NCBI GenBank assembly: GCA_051362555.1
Contig: CM120640.1
Location: 52,120,788 to 52,184,787, forward strand
DNA: 64,000 bases
Reading direction: 5' to 3'
Source of the DNA: Lingula anatina
Lineage: Eukaryota; Animalia; Brachiopoda
Shown here: in pieces, positions 24,890-39,100 of the stretch
Layout: each line of letters opens with the position of its first letter
Numbering within the stretch: the stretch's first letter is position 1
The notes under the pieces: model-generated
Database searches by the model: none
What the model was told of the DNA's origin: nothing
The model's input: the letters and a program-made list of their open reading frames with translations, nothing else
Position numbers and translations under genes: made by a program

Positions 24890-27800
24890 TGGGAATACCT
24901 GGTGCCGTAGACACGTTTTTGACATTTTATTCGTAGCCGATTTCAGTTTCTTTCACTTACCACTTTTTTTTTCTTTAAGTTTTCAATTTTTTCCAAATCA
25001 CAGTTGCGCCGTTGTCTTCGTCTATCAGTGCGTCGGGCCACGTCTGGACTAGGATGGAAGACCGCCTGGCCACCTTTACTTGTCCTTTTTAGCGTGGCAT
25101 CAAACAGATGTGTCGATTCCGTTTCATTTCCTTTCCGTCGATCAAAAACAGTGCTAGCGCGGACAGTCATCGTCTACGACCATACCACGTTGAAAGCACC
25201 GGTTCTCGTCCGATCACCGAAGTTAAGCAACGTCGGGCCAGGTTAGTACTTGGATGGGTGACCGCCTGGGAATACCTGGTGCCGTAGACACGTTTTTGAC
25301 ATTTTATTCGTAGCCGATTTCAGTTTCTTTCACTTACCACTTTTTTTTTCTTTAAGTTTTCAATTTTTTCCAAATCACAGTTGCGCCGTTGTCTTCGTCT
25401 ATCAGTGCGTCGGGCCACGTCTGGACTAGGATGGAAGACCGCCTGGCCACCTTTACTTGTCCTTTTTAGCGTGGCATCAAACAGATGTGTCGATTCCGTT
25501 TCATTTCCTTTCCGTCGATCAAAAACAGTGCTAGCGCGGACAGTCATCGTCTACGACCATACCACGTTGAAAGCACCGGTTCTCGTCCGATCACCGAAGT
25601 TAAGCAACGTCGGGCCAGGTTAGTACTTGGATGGGTGACCGCCTGGGAATACCTGGTGCCGTAGACACGTTTTTGACATTTTATTCGTAGCCGATTTCAG
25701 TTTCTTTCACTTACCACTTTTTTTTCTTTAAGTTTTCAATTTTTTCCAAATCACAGTTGCGCCGTTGTCTTCGTCTATCAGTGCGTCGGGCCACGTCTGG
25801 ACTAGGATGGAAGACCGCCTGGCCACCTTTACTTGTCCTTTTTAGCGTGGCATCAAACAGATGTGTCGATTCCGTTTCATTTCCTTTCCGTCGATCAAAA
25901 ACAGTGCTAGCGCGGACAGTCATCGTCTACGACCATACCACGTTGAAAGCACCGGTTCTCGTCCGATCACCGAAGTTAAGCAACGTCGGGCCAGGTTAGT
26001 ACTTGGATGGGTGACCGCCTGGGAATACCTGGTGCCGTAGACACGTTTTTGACATTTTATTCGTAGCCGATTTCAGTTTCTTTCACTTACCACTTTTTTT
26101 TCTTTAAGTTTTCAATTTTTTCCAAATCACAGTTGCGCCGTTGTCTTCGTCTATCAGTGCGTCGGGCCACGTCTGGACTAGGATGGAAGACCGCCTGGCC
26201 ACCTTTACTTGTCCTTTTTAGCGTGGCATCAAACAGATGTGTCGATTCCGTTTCATTTCCTTTCCGTCGATCAAAAACAGTGCTAGCGCGGACAGTCATC
26301 GTCTACGACCATACCACGTTGAAAGCACCGGTTCTCGTCCGATCACCGAAGTTAAGCAACGTCGGGCCAGGTTAGTACTTGGATGGGTGACCGCCTGGGA
26401 ATACCTGGTGCCGTAGACACGTTTTTGACATTTTATTCGTAGCCGATTTCAGTTTCTTTCACTTACCACTTTTTTTTTCTTTAAGTTTTCAATTTTTTCC
26501 AAATCACAGTTGCGCCGTTGTCTTCGTCTATCAGTGCGTCGGGCCACGTCTGGACTAGGATGGAAGACCGCCTGGCCACCTTTACTTGTCCTTTTTAGCG
26601 TGGCATCAAACAGATGTGTCGATTCCGTTTCATTTCCTTTCCGTCGATCAAAAACAGTGCTAGCGCGGACAGTCATCGTCTACGACCATACCACGTTGAA
26701 AGCACCGGTTCTCGTCCGATCACCGAAGTTAAGCAACGTCGGGCCAGGTTAGTACTTGGATGGGTGACCGCCTGGGAATACCTGGTGCCGTAGACACGTT
26801 TTTGACATTTTATTCGTAGCCGATTTCAGTTTCTTTCACTTACCACTTTTTTTTTCTTTAAGTTTTCAATTTTTTCCAAATCACAGTTGCGCCGTTGTCT
26901 TCGTCTATCAGTGCGTCGGGCCACGTCTGGACTAGGATGGAAGACCGCCTGGCCACCTTTACTTGTCCTTTTTAGCGTGGCATCAAACAGATGTGTCGAT
27001 TCCGTTTCATTTCCTTTCCGTCGATCAAAAACAGTGCTAGCGCGGACAGTCATCGTCTACGACCATACCACGTTGAAAGCACCGGTTCTCGTCCGATCAC
27101 CGAAGTTAAGCAACGTCGGGCCAGGTTAGTACTTGGATGGGTGACCGCCTGGGAATACCTGGTGCCGTAGACACGTTTTTGACATTTTATTCGTAGCCGA
27201 TTTCAGTTTCTTTCACTTACCACTTTTTTTTTCTTTAAGTTTTCAATTTTTTCCAAATCACAGTTGCGCCGTTGTCTTCGTCTATCAGTGCGTCGGGCCA
27301 CGTCTGGACTAGGATGGAAGACCGCCTGGCCACCTTTACTTGTCCTTTTTAGCGTGGCATCAAACAGATGTGTCGATTCCGTTTCATTTCCTTTCCGTCG
27401 ATCAAAAACAGTGCTAGCGCGGACAGTCATCGTCTACGACCATACCACGTTGAAAGCACCGGTTCTCGTCCGATCACCGAAGTTAAGCAACGTCGGGCCA
27501 GGTTAGTACTTGGATGGGTGACCGCCTGGGAATACCTGGTGCCGTAGACACGTTTTTGACATTTTATTCGTAGCCGATTTCAGTTTCTTTCACTTACCAC
27601 TTTTTTTTTCTTTAAGTTTTCAATTTTTTCCAAATCACAGTTGCGCCGTTGTCTTCGTCTATCAGTGCGTCGGGCCACGTCTGGACTAGGATGGAAGACC
27701 GCCTGGCCACCTTTACTTGTCCTTTTTAGCGTGGCATCAAACAGATGTGTCGATTCCGTTTCATTTCCTTTCCGTCGATCAAAAACAGTGCTAGCGCGGA

Positions 27801-30800
27801 CAGTCATCGTCTACGACCATACCACGTTGAAAGCACCGGTTCTCGTCCGATCACCGAAGTTAAGCAACGTCGGGCCAGGTTAGTACTTGGATGGGTGACC
27901 GCCTGGGAATACCTGGTGCCGTAGACACGTTTTTGACATTTTATTCGTAGCCGATTTCAGTTTCTTTCACTTACCACTTTTTTTTCTTTAAGTTTTCAAT
28001 TTTTTCCAAATCACAGTTGCGCCGTTGTCTTCGTCTATCAGTGCGTCGGGCCACGTCTGGACTAGGATGGAAGACCGCCTGGCCACCTTTACTTGTCCTT
28101 TTTAGCGTGGCATCAAACAGATGTGTCGATTCCGTTTCATTTCCTTTCCGTCGATCAAAAACAGTGCTAGCGCGGACAGTCATCGTCTACGACCATACCA
28201 CGTTGAAAGCACCGGTTCTCGTCCGATCACCGAAGTTAAGCAACGTCGGGCCAGGTTAGTACTTGGATGGGTGACCGCCTGGGAATACCTGGTGCCGTAG
28301 ACACGTTTTTGACATTTTATTCGTAGCCGATTTCAGTTTCTTTCACTTACCACTTTTTTTTCTTTAAGTTTTCAATTTTTTCCAAATCACAGTTGCGCCG
28401 TTGTCTTCGTCTATCAGTGCGTCGGGCCACGTCTGGACTAGGATGGAAGACCGCCTGGCCACCTTTACTTGTCCTTTTTAGCGTGGCATCAAACAGATGT
28501 GTCGATTCCGTTTCATTTCCTTTCCGTCGATCAAAAACAGTGCTAGCGCGGACAGTCATCGTCTACGACCATACCACGTTGAAAGCACCGGTTCTCGTCC
28601 GATCACCGAAGTTAAGCAACGTCGGGCCAGGTTAGTACTTGGATGGGTGACCGCCTGGGAATACCTGGTGCCGTAGACACGTTTTTGACATTTTATTCGT
28701 AGCCGATTTCAGTTTCTTTCACTTACCACTTTTTTTTCTTTAAGTTTTCAATTTTTTCCAAATCACAGTTGCGCCGTTGTCTTCGTCTATCAGTGCGTCG
28801 GGCCACGTCTGGACTAGGATGGAAGACCGCCTGGCCACCTTTACTTGTCCTTTTTAGCGTGGCATCAAACAGATGTGTCGATTCCGTTTCATTTCCTTTC
28901 CGTCGATCAAAAACAGTGCTAGCGCGGACAGTCATCGTCTACGACCATACCACGTTGAAAGCACCGGTTCTCGTCCGATCACCGAAGTTAAGCAACGTCG
29001 GGCCAGGTTAGTACTTGGATGGGTGACCGCCTGGGAATACCTGGTGCCGTAGACACGTTTTTGACATTTTATTCGTAGCCGATTTCAGTTTCTTTCACTT
29101 ACCACTTTTTTTTTCTTTAAGTTTTCAATTTTTTCCAAATCACAGTTGCGCCGTTGTCTTCGTCTATCAGTGCGTCGGGCCACGTCTGGACTAGGATGGA
29201 AGACCGCCTGGCCACCTTTACTTGTCCTTTTTAGCGTGGCATCAAACAGATGTGTCGATTCCGTTTCATTTCCTTTCCGTCGATCAAAAACAGTGCTAGC
29301 GCGGACAGTCATCGTCTACGACCATACCACGTTGAAAGCACCGGTTCTCGTCCGATCACCGAAGTTAAGCAACGTCGGGCCAGGTTAGTACTTGGATGGG
29401 TGACCGCCTGGGAATACCTGGTGCCGTAGACACGTTTTTGACATTTTATTCGTAGCCGATTTCAGTTTCTTTCACTTACCACTTTTTTTTTCTTTAAGTT
29501 TTCAATTTTTTCCAAATCACAGTTGCGCCGTTGTCTTCGTCTATCAGTGCGTCGGGCCACGTCTGGACTAGGATGGAAGACCGCCTGGCCACCTTTACTT
29601 GTCCTTTTTAGCGTGGCATCAAACAGATGTGTCGATTCCGTTTCATTTCCTTTCCGTCGATCAAAAACAGTGCTAGCGCGGACAGTCATCGTCTACGACC
29701 ATACCACGTTGAAAGCACCGGTTCTCGTCCGATCACCGAAGTTAAGCAACGTCGGGCCAGGTTAGTACTTGGATGGGTGACCGCCTGGGAATACCTGGTG
29801 CCGTAGACACGTTTTTGACATTTTATTCGTAGCCGATTTCAGTTTCTTTCACTTACCACTTTTTTTTTCTTTAAGTTTTCAATTTTTTCCAAATCACAGT
29901 TGCGCCGTTGTCTTCGTCTATCAGTGCGTCGGGCCACGTCTGGACTAGGATGGAAGACCGCCTGGCCACCTTTACTTGTCCTTTTTAGCGTGGCATCAAA
30001 CAGATGTGTCGATTCCGTTTCATTTCCTTTCCGTCGATCAAAAACAGTGCTAGCGCGGACAGTCATCGTCTACGACCATACCACGTTGAAAGCACCGGTT
30101 CTCGTCCGATCACCGAAGTTAAGCAACGTCGGGCCAGGTTAGTACTTGGATGGGTGACCGCCTGGGAATACCTGGTGCCGTAGACACGTTTTTGACATTT
30201 TATTCGTAGCCGATTTCAGTTTCTTTCACTTACCACTTTTTTTTTCTTTAAGTTTTCAATTTTTTCCAAATCACAGTTGCGCCGTTGTCTTCGTCTATCA
30301 GTGCGTCGGGCCACGTCTGGACTAGGATGGAAGACCGCCTGGCCACCTTTACTTGTCCTTTTTAGCGTGGCATCAAACAGATGTGTCGATTCCGTTTCAT
30401 TTCCTTTCCGTCGATCAAAAACAGTGCTAGCGCGGACAGTCATCGTCTACGACCATACCACGTTGAAAGCACCGGTTCTCGTCCGATCACCGAAGTTAAG
30501 CAACGTCGGGCCAGGTTAGTACTTGGATGGGTGACCGCCTGGGAATACCTGGTGCCGTAGACACGTTTTTGACATTTTATTCGTAGCCGATTTCAGTTTC
30601 TTTCACTTACCACTTTTTTTTCTTTAAGTTTTCAATTTTTTCCAAATCACAGTTGCGCCGTTGTCTTCGTCTATCAGTGCGTCGGGCCACGTCTGGACTA
30701 GGATGGAAGACCGCCTGGCCACCTTTACTTGTCCTTTTTAGCGTGGCATCAAACAGATGTGTCGATTCCGTTTCATTTCCTTTCCGTCGATCAAAAACAG

Positions 30801-30875
30801 TGCTAGCGCGGACAGTCATCGTCTACGACCATACCACGTTGAAAGCACCGGTTCTCGTCCGATCACCGAAGTTAA
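24890..30875 (+). rRNA. 5S rRNA: 5S rDNA tandem block 3: 16 genes (25172...30821), last interrupted at TTAA
   Basis: 376/377-bp units. Confidence 0.98.
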
Positions 30876-31999
30876 CCCCATAGGACCCAGTTAATGCTGA
30901 CCCATAAAGTTCTGCTGTGCCCAATTAATTCTGTGAGCTAGCCTTGAAAAGCCAGGTCACTTCAGTAAATTGGCCATAATTTATTTGTTTGCCTTTATTA
31001 CCCATACAAAGTACACATTTTTAAAAAGCCAACATTTCAAGCTAAATAAAAATAGAATTACATTTAAATTCAACGTGCTGTACAAAGAATTATGACCGGT
31101 TAAAAACTACATTTTCATTTGATAATGGGTGAAATAAAACAAAGTTGATTTATCTTATGCACATCAATTTTTTTATGTCTCCATAAATTTGCCTGAAAAT
31201 TCACAGAGATGATGTCAATTATAGTAACTTTCAATCCAGGAAATTTCAGCAAGTTATCTCCATTAATTTCCAAGTTATGCTCGTTTTGCTACCAGGTATA
31301 CCTATACTTGAGCCAGCTTTTCAGCTCACCTGAACATCGTGGCCAGAGCTGAATAGAAGTCAATTTTTAACACCATCTATGGCAAAAACATCTTTAAAAC
31401 TTTTATCATGAATAAAGGGATATCTTCCCCTCTGTCTATATCATTGTCACTCGAAAACACCTGATCAGTGTCGTAGTTTTCAATCATTTCAATAACAGTA
31501 TCCATTCGCAGGCCTCTTCCGTAGTGAGAAGTCGCCATTTTGATTTTACTTTCTTCAGCTAAGTCTAGGAAATAGCCGATTTCTCGCTCATATATATTTC
31601 TATCGTCCTTTACATCATAAATAAATGAATATCATCGTCACTGTCTATGTCACTGTCACACGAAAACTTCTCATCAAAGTCCGGGTTTTCAATCATTTCA
31701 ATAACAGTATCCCTTCGCAGGTCCCTACCGTAGCGAGGAGCCGCCATCTTGATTTTACTTTCTCCACCTAAGTCTTGAAAATCGCCGTTTTCTCGCTCAT
31801 ATATATTTCTATCGCCTTTAAAAATGGTGGCAATGAGAGACAAGAAACATACCCGGATGTTAAACTATATATCATTTTATGACTCACGATACAAAAGAGT
31901 ACAGAAGACGATCTTTCCAAGATACGCACATATGCGGTTTTGGGCGTTTGGGGTAAGCGATAATTGAACCGCACATATGCGGTGACGGGCTCTATGGGG
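30876..31999 (-). mobile_element. Non-autonomous piggyBac-like element (1124 bp) in 5S box A
   Basis: TTAA is duplicated at 30872-30875 and 32000-32003. Termini CCCCATAG...CTATGGGG (11/13 when extended). The 5S sequence resumes exactly after the right TTAA. No transposase catalytic domain is present. Confidence 0.88.
31430..31820 (-). repeat. Diverged ~200-bp tandem duplication inside the piggyBac-like element, encoding a transposase-like acidic N-terminus remnant
   Basis: ttttcaatcatttcaataacagtatcc.ttcgcagg...cgccat.ttgattttacttt...tctcgctcatatatatttctatcg occurs twice. The minus strand reads MAAPRYGRDLRRDTVIEMIENPDFDEKFSCDSDIDSDDD. Confidence 0.65.
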
Positions 32000-33180
32000 T
32001 TAAGCAACGTCGGGCCAGGTTAGTACTTGGATGGGTGACCGCCTGGGAATACCTGGTGCCGTAGACACGTTTTTGACATTTTATTCGTAGCCGATTTCAG
32101 TTTCTTTCACTTACCACTTTTTTTTCTTTAAGTTTTCAATTTTTTCCAAATCACAGTTGCGCCGTTGTCTTCGTCTATCAGTGCGTCGGGCCACGTCTGG
32201 ACTAGGATGGAAGACCGCCTGGCCACCTTTACTTGTCCTTTTTAGCGTGGCATCAAACAGATGTGTCGATTCCGTTTCATTTCCTTTCCGTCGATCAAAA
32301 ACAGTGCTAGCGCGGACAGTCATCGTCTACGACCATACCACGTTGAAAGCACCGGTTCTCGTCCGATCACCGAAGTTAAGCAACGTCGGGCCAGGTTAGT
32401 ACTTGGATGGGTGACCGCCTGGGAATACCTGGTGCCGTAGACACGTTTTTGACATTTTATTCGTAGCCGATTTCAGTTTCTTTCACTTACCACTTTTTTT
32501 TTCTTTAAGTTTTCAATTTTTTCCAAATCACAGTTGCGCCGTTGTCTTCGTCTATCAGTGCGTCGGGCCACGTCTGGACTAGGATGGAAGACCGCCTGGC
32601 CACCTTTACTTGTCCTTTTTAGCGTGGCATCAAACAGATGTGTCGATTCCGTTTCATTTCCTTTCCGTCGATCAAAAACAGTGCTAGCGCGGACAGTCAT
32701 CGTCTACGACCATACCACGTTGAAAGCACCGGTTCTCGTCCGATCACCGAAGTTAAGCAACGTCGGGCCAGGTTAGTACTTGGATGGGTGACCGCCTGGG
32801 AATACCTGGTGCCGTAGACACGTTTTTGACATTTTATTCGTAGCCGATTTCAGTTTCTTTCACTTACCACTTTTTTTTTCTTTAAGTTTTCAATTTTTTC
32901 CAAATCACAGTTGCGCCGTTGTCTTCGTCTATCAGTGCGTCGGGCCACGTCTGGACTAGGATGGAAGACCGCCTGGCCACCTTTACTTGTCCTTTTTAGC
33001 GTGGCATCAAACAGATGTGTCGATTCCGTTTCATTTCCTTTCCGTCGATCAAAAACAGTGCTAGCGCGGACAGTCATCGTCTACGACCATACCACGTTGA
33101 AAGCACCGGTTCTCGTCCGATCACCGAAGTTAAGCAACGTCGGGCCAGGTTAGTACTTGGATGGGTGACCGCCTGGGAAT
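32000..33180 (+). rRNA. 5S rRNA: 5S rDNA block 4: 3' part of the split gene plus 3 genes (32325, 32702, 33079), last interrupted
   Basis: 376/377-bp units. Confidence 0.97.
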
Positions 33181-36100
33181 GGCCCATGACCCCCCTGGGT
33201 AGTAATCATAGTTCCTGGGAATCACGATGGGGGCGCTGAAGGGATAAACCCTTTGATCGTACAAGACGAGCCATGCTGGTTTTGTCAAAATTTATAAGCA
33301 GAATATCATAATATCCTTCTTTTTGATGTTTACTCATTGTAACAAGGCATTTTTCATGATTATATAAAATTATTTTTCTTTCTTTTTCGACAGTTTGTAG
33401 AGTTTCCTCTTTAGGTATTTTATATAACACACTCTTCTTCGATTTTAATTTGAAATGAAAATTTAAAAAAGAGAGTAAAATTAAATTGTACTTCTTTGTT
33501 TCTTACTGCGGTAATTTCATTTATTTCCTGTTTAATTAAATGACTCAAGTATGACAACTGAAATGTCTTCTTCAACACATCTTTATTATGGAAAAAATGA
33601 ACAAAAAGTTACTGAAACAACATGAGTATTGAAAATGCACAAATATGAACAACAAGCATGTGCAACATTACTGCATTGGACAGAACATATTTGGTTTCTT
33701 TGGTACCAGTTGCATAGAAAAATCACTGAATATACATTTTGCACAACTAATACAACTGAAAATATTTAAATGACAGTATGTAATATGCATTTCCCACAAT
33801 CTGCTCAACATTCTACATGGAAATAGAAAATAAAAACAGTCAAAAAAACTGACCGACTGTGATTTTCTCAATGATAATGCAAAGAAAATCACATTTTACA
33901 AAAATATATGTTTGATCCAAGTCTGCTGACTGGAATATAAGAATAATACACAGTTTCTTTGGCCTCTGTTGCATAGAAAACAGTACAAACCACTGCATAC
34001 AAAATGTTTTTCACACAATCATTTCACCTTTGGTAAAACAAAGAAAAAAATCTTGTGGGAATTGATTGCTTGTAATACAACTTGTAATACAAAATACTGA
34101 CAATGTAAAGAGGTTCATGTTTCATAAAATACATGGTTTGAGGAAAATCTACCTACAGAAATATAAAAAATAATACATATATACAGTTTCTTTGGCCTCT
34201 GATGCATGGAATTAAATACAAACTGCTGCATACAAAATGCTTTTCACACAATCTCTTGAATGCAACTAGTCATACAAAATACTGATTTCAATGTAAAGAA
34301 ATTCATTTTCCTTACATACATGGTTTGAGCACTCTACTGACTGAAATATAAAAAATAATACATATTAACAGTTTCTTTGGCACCTTGCATACAAAAATAC
34401 AAATCACTGCGAGTGAAGTCCAGTTAAAAAAAAAAAGAAAAGTCATTAGCAGTATTTGGAGATTTCACAGACTCATGGCATGCATTGGGCACAAAAAAGT
34501 CTTAGTTCTATCTTCATGTAACATTATAATTTGGGCACTAGAGCTGTGCCAATCTTTGGTCTACAAAAGACTTAAAATCCTCATAATCTTTAAAAACTTC
34601 CTTTTCAAATCCTGCTGTCGTTGACATTTTTGTTGTCGGACAAAAAGTAAAAATTTTTTGTTTGCTTTTGCTTGTTTTTTCCTTTGATGGTGTGTATCTC
34701 CTCCTTTTTCCACCACATTTGGGTACTTTACACAGTGCACATGGTTTCGATGATTTGTTTGGCATGGTAATTTTTGCTGGCAGTGGTGGTAGTGGTGCCT
34801 TGATTACGGGAGGACCTCCAGGCTGACAAATCACAGACGGGCCCTTTGGCTGAGAGGGGAGCACTATAAGAACAGGGGCATTTACAGGTTTTGGCTTGAT
34901 GTCTTCCTTCTTAACTTTGCTTGATGCAGAAGCAACATCACCCTCAGTCTGCGGAGAAATGTCATTAAAATTTAACTTCCTCTTTTGCCCAGGCCTGATG
35001 CCTTTGATGAATGGTACTACAGGGTACTGCACCTGTGGCCGTCTAGGTGGTAAGAGCACCGATGGCAAGGTGTCAGCCTCTGGAATTGCTGCTTCAGATA
35101 ACACTCGCTGATGGGTCTTGACCTTCGGCAAGGAAGTGGCGACATAGTTTGCTTTCTTCTCCTCTTTGGTCAGAAATGCACTGATGGATTTAGCATTTAT
35201 ATTCGGTAGAGGCAAGGTCAGACTGCACAGCATGGGGTCGTCCCTCACTCGATCTACTATGCGTTTGTAGTGTGCCTTGATGAGTGAAGACAATCTGGAC
35301 GGAGAACTGGTGTAACACGTTGGTGGCTTGTTTTTCAGGATTTTTATGAGCAAGTACAAAAGCCTGGACTCCTCTGTGATTTGTGCCGCTTGTGCGTATC
35401 TCATCCAGCCAAATTTTGTTTTTTGAGCTGCACTGGACTGTGGAGAATCTGGACCAAGGCATCGACCAAAGAGGGTGTAACCCCACTTAGATTCGTATTT
35501 CTTGACAAAATTGGTTGTCGACTTATCATGATCCTGTAGGTTTGAAGCAGCGGTTATGATCTTGTTTCTAAGTGTCGGTGGCACAAGGTGCTTCCCATCT
35601 TCAGCAGCCAATTCCACTAGCTGCAAGGCCAGGTGTTCCACCTCTTCATAACCAGGCAGGTGTAAATGGCTGGGACCCATGAGCACATCTTCCAGCACTG
35701 GGTTTGACAGCTCTGTGACTTGCTCTGAGGTGGTGAAAATAGAGTATTTGACGTTTACTTCATCCAAAGGATCATTGGATTGCTCCTCCTCATCTTCTAC
35801 GATGCCCTCATCTTCCTCATCATCTGTCTGAGCTCCTTCCTCATCACCATCCTCCCTTGACTGCTCTTCCTCAACTGTAAAGAAAAAATACAAGATATAC
35901 TAACTTAAGACAATAAATTACAAACTAAAGACAAGAAATTTGTTCTGTAAAAAAGTGAAAAAAAAAAAAAAAAAAGAATATTACAGTACAAAGATTTTCT
36001 TTTTTAAAGTTCATTGCTTATTATGATTTACATTGAACAATGAAAATTAATTTGCTGCAACCATTAACAATTCATTCTATAGACTAATTAAATCATTACA

Positions 36101-39100
36101 ATTCATGTGAAAATCTTACCCTTCTCCACATAGTATGATGCAGACTTGAAGTCAGTGGACTGAGCATACGCATACTCGATACCAAGCAACTCTTCTTCTT
36201 CCTCATTATTGTAGACCTCTGGGAATGGCATTGGTGCAGTGAAGTTAGGTTCAAAGAGGTGTTCCCTGCCAAACAAAACCTCTGACTGTTGGTTTAAGAG
36301 CTGCACTTGCCTGGGATCAGTGCACGATGACTTCCGCCCCTGACCACCTGCGACACGCAAGGACTCCATCCTGTGGTTCCACTGGGCAGCAAAACTGATC
36401 AGGTACACCTGGTGAAAAAAATTTTTAAAAATTGATTCAAGGATCAACAATTTCGTGATATTCGGTGAACTTGATTTTATAATTATGGATTCTTAATATT
36501 TATCAGAAAAAAAACCTTTAAAATACAGGTAAGTATTCACTGACAATTACAAAAAAATCAATCAATCAATCAATAATTTAAAAAATAAATATATTTTTTA
36601 CTTGAAATGGCATGATGCCACACCTTTTGGAGGGGATAGCATTCACAAGGTGGGAATGTAGACCTTCAAGGGCATTACTTCCTCTACGACAACGGTACTT
36701 CTGCACATCTACACCATTGATTGACACCGTCTTAGTGGTTACATACAGCGGTATGCCAGGAGGATCCTAGAATATACAAATTGTGATAATAAAGAATAAG
36801 TTAAATGGAATTTGTTTTCCCCTTCTATTGGGTAATGAACGCATTCTGCAAAAGGAAACTATAAAGTTGTAAAAAGACTAGATAAAGTAAGACGTACCTG
36901 CAAACAGTTAATGTGCTGACTAGATCTTGCCCAGTGGATATCCACGGCTTCATGAGACTTGAAAAGGGGTATGCCATCTACGTCGAGTCCAGCTGGTCCT
37001 TTAAACTCGTCTATGATGGCTTCTACTGCACACACTGTTGCCTGCAAGTGGAATAACATTTTTATAAAATTTTTTTGTTCAGCAAATAAGTTTTAATTTT
37101 CATGAAAGGTATGCTTATTTTGAAGAAAAATGTTATGTAAATTATTGGTTTGTATGTCATGAAAAAGGCTGAAGTGAAACATACCTCTACACCACGTGTC
37201 ACTCGCCGTACATAAGACTTGAACTGGTGAGGCTTGACAAAGGCAATCATCTCAGTGTCAGAGTATTTTGAGTACATCTGCTCATTGCCTGCCCGCACTG
37301 CCTTGACCAAATGTAGCAGGTCAGCCTTGTTGAATGCCAATACTGCTCCTGCAAGGGCGCTCATGAACACACCATACTTCGCATGACTCTGCTTTATCAC
37401 GACACTGTCCCATCTGTGGAGCCAGTGTCGGATATCCAGTCTGACAACCATGCCCTCCTCAACCCAGTCTGAGAACAATGTCTCATAAAAGGATTCTCCA
37501 CCATCCCTAATATTCAAATAAGACAAAATATATAAATAAATAAAACAAATCATTCTCATTAAAAAAAACTTACCATAGAATAATTTTTCTAAATGGATTA
37601 AAACCACTTAAAAATTAATGGGTAAAGGACATTTTTTCTAAATAAATGGTCTTCCATTCCTATCATATTAATGATATTTGCATTGAAATAAACACGAACA
37701 ATGATGCTTAACTAGTAACATACCTGCAACAATTATTGTCTGTGTACAGAACTCGTGGGGCTGGAGCATCAGCACGCTTAAAACGCTCAATTAGTCCTCG
37801 AGCCATCCTCCTGTAACACTCCTCGGACTCGGAGGCTACAACAACTGTGGTGAGGAACTGGCCCCATTCATTTAATATGCTGGTCACATACTGCAGTGAT
37901 CCACGTCCATCACCATACACTTTCTTGAGTATCTAGGAGGTTAAAAACAAGAGACATGTTAAGTAAATGAGTATAAATTTCACTGAAATAAATTTTCTGG
38001 AATAAAAAAAAAGGAAACTTTTTCTCTTAAAACCACACTAACCTGTTTAGTGCCATCAATACAAAGGATTTCTCCTGTGGTGCTGAGTATGGAGGCCCTG
38101 TATTCTGGAATTTTTTCCATTTCCATCACCAAGTGGGCACGTCGCAGGACACGAGATGAAGGAAGTGGAGTCTGAGCCATTGGTGGTATGTAGCTCCCGG
38201 CTTTCTTAGTGTACGACAGGATGCTGCTTCTGTCCATATGACCTTGATACAGCAGAGTCTGGTACATCCCTCTTCTCTCCATGTACCACTGGTCATGTTG
38301 GTGCTGTACCAGTCTGTGCACCTTGGTCATTGACACAGCATTCAGCCTGTCAGACAAAATCACAGCTATGTCCTTATCTATAGCCCTTTTTCCACAGATG
38401 ACAGCTGGAAAGAGACTGCGGACTGCCGGTGACAATTTCATCATAATCCGAGGGCTGTAACTGTGAAAAGAATACTGGGTTTCCTCATTTTCTCCCCTCT
38501 GCTGACGTGCATTTTTGCATGGGTAGCAAACCAGCCTTTCCGTCAAAAGGGTATAAAAACTCCGCATTCCACACACCTGCCTGGCAGTTGACCCAAAGCC
38601 ATGCTTGGACAAGAAACTTCCAGGTGGAGCAGGACAGTCCTTATTTGGGCATGGTATCTTGGCCTCCATGACCCCTACTGGTCTCCAGAATATCACAGGC
38701 GATGTGAAGAAGGCATACATTGAGGGCAGTGATGCCTTAATAGAAATTGGCATTGGTGGTGGGTAAAAGTTGATCTTTTTCTTAAGAACCCTCTTATACA
38801 CAACTTCCCCACTGGCACTTCTGTATGGTATTGGTGCAGTAAAAAGTCCATACTCATCATTTTCCTTGAGCCACTTGATGTTAGGGTCTGGGCTTCCCTC
38901 CCACGACCTCTGCCACCCTTCCAATGCAGGGGCCTCTGGATCAGGGGTGAACTCCGCAGTGATCTCCAGCTCCTTTACAGAGGTCAGGTGGGTAGATACC
39001 TGGCTCTGCTGTAATGCTTCCTCTAAAAGTAACAAATATATAACATCGAGTCCCTGTCTAATGGGATATGTGCTGGATATGGGATACCTGGTGTATTATG

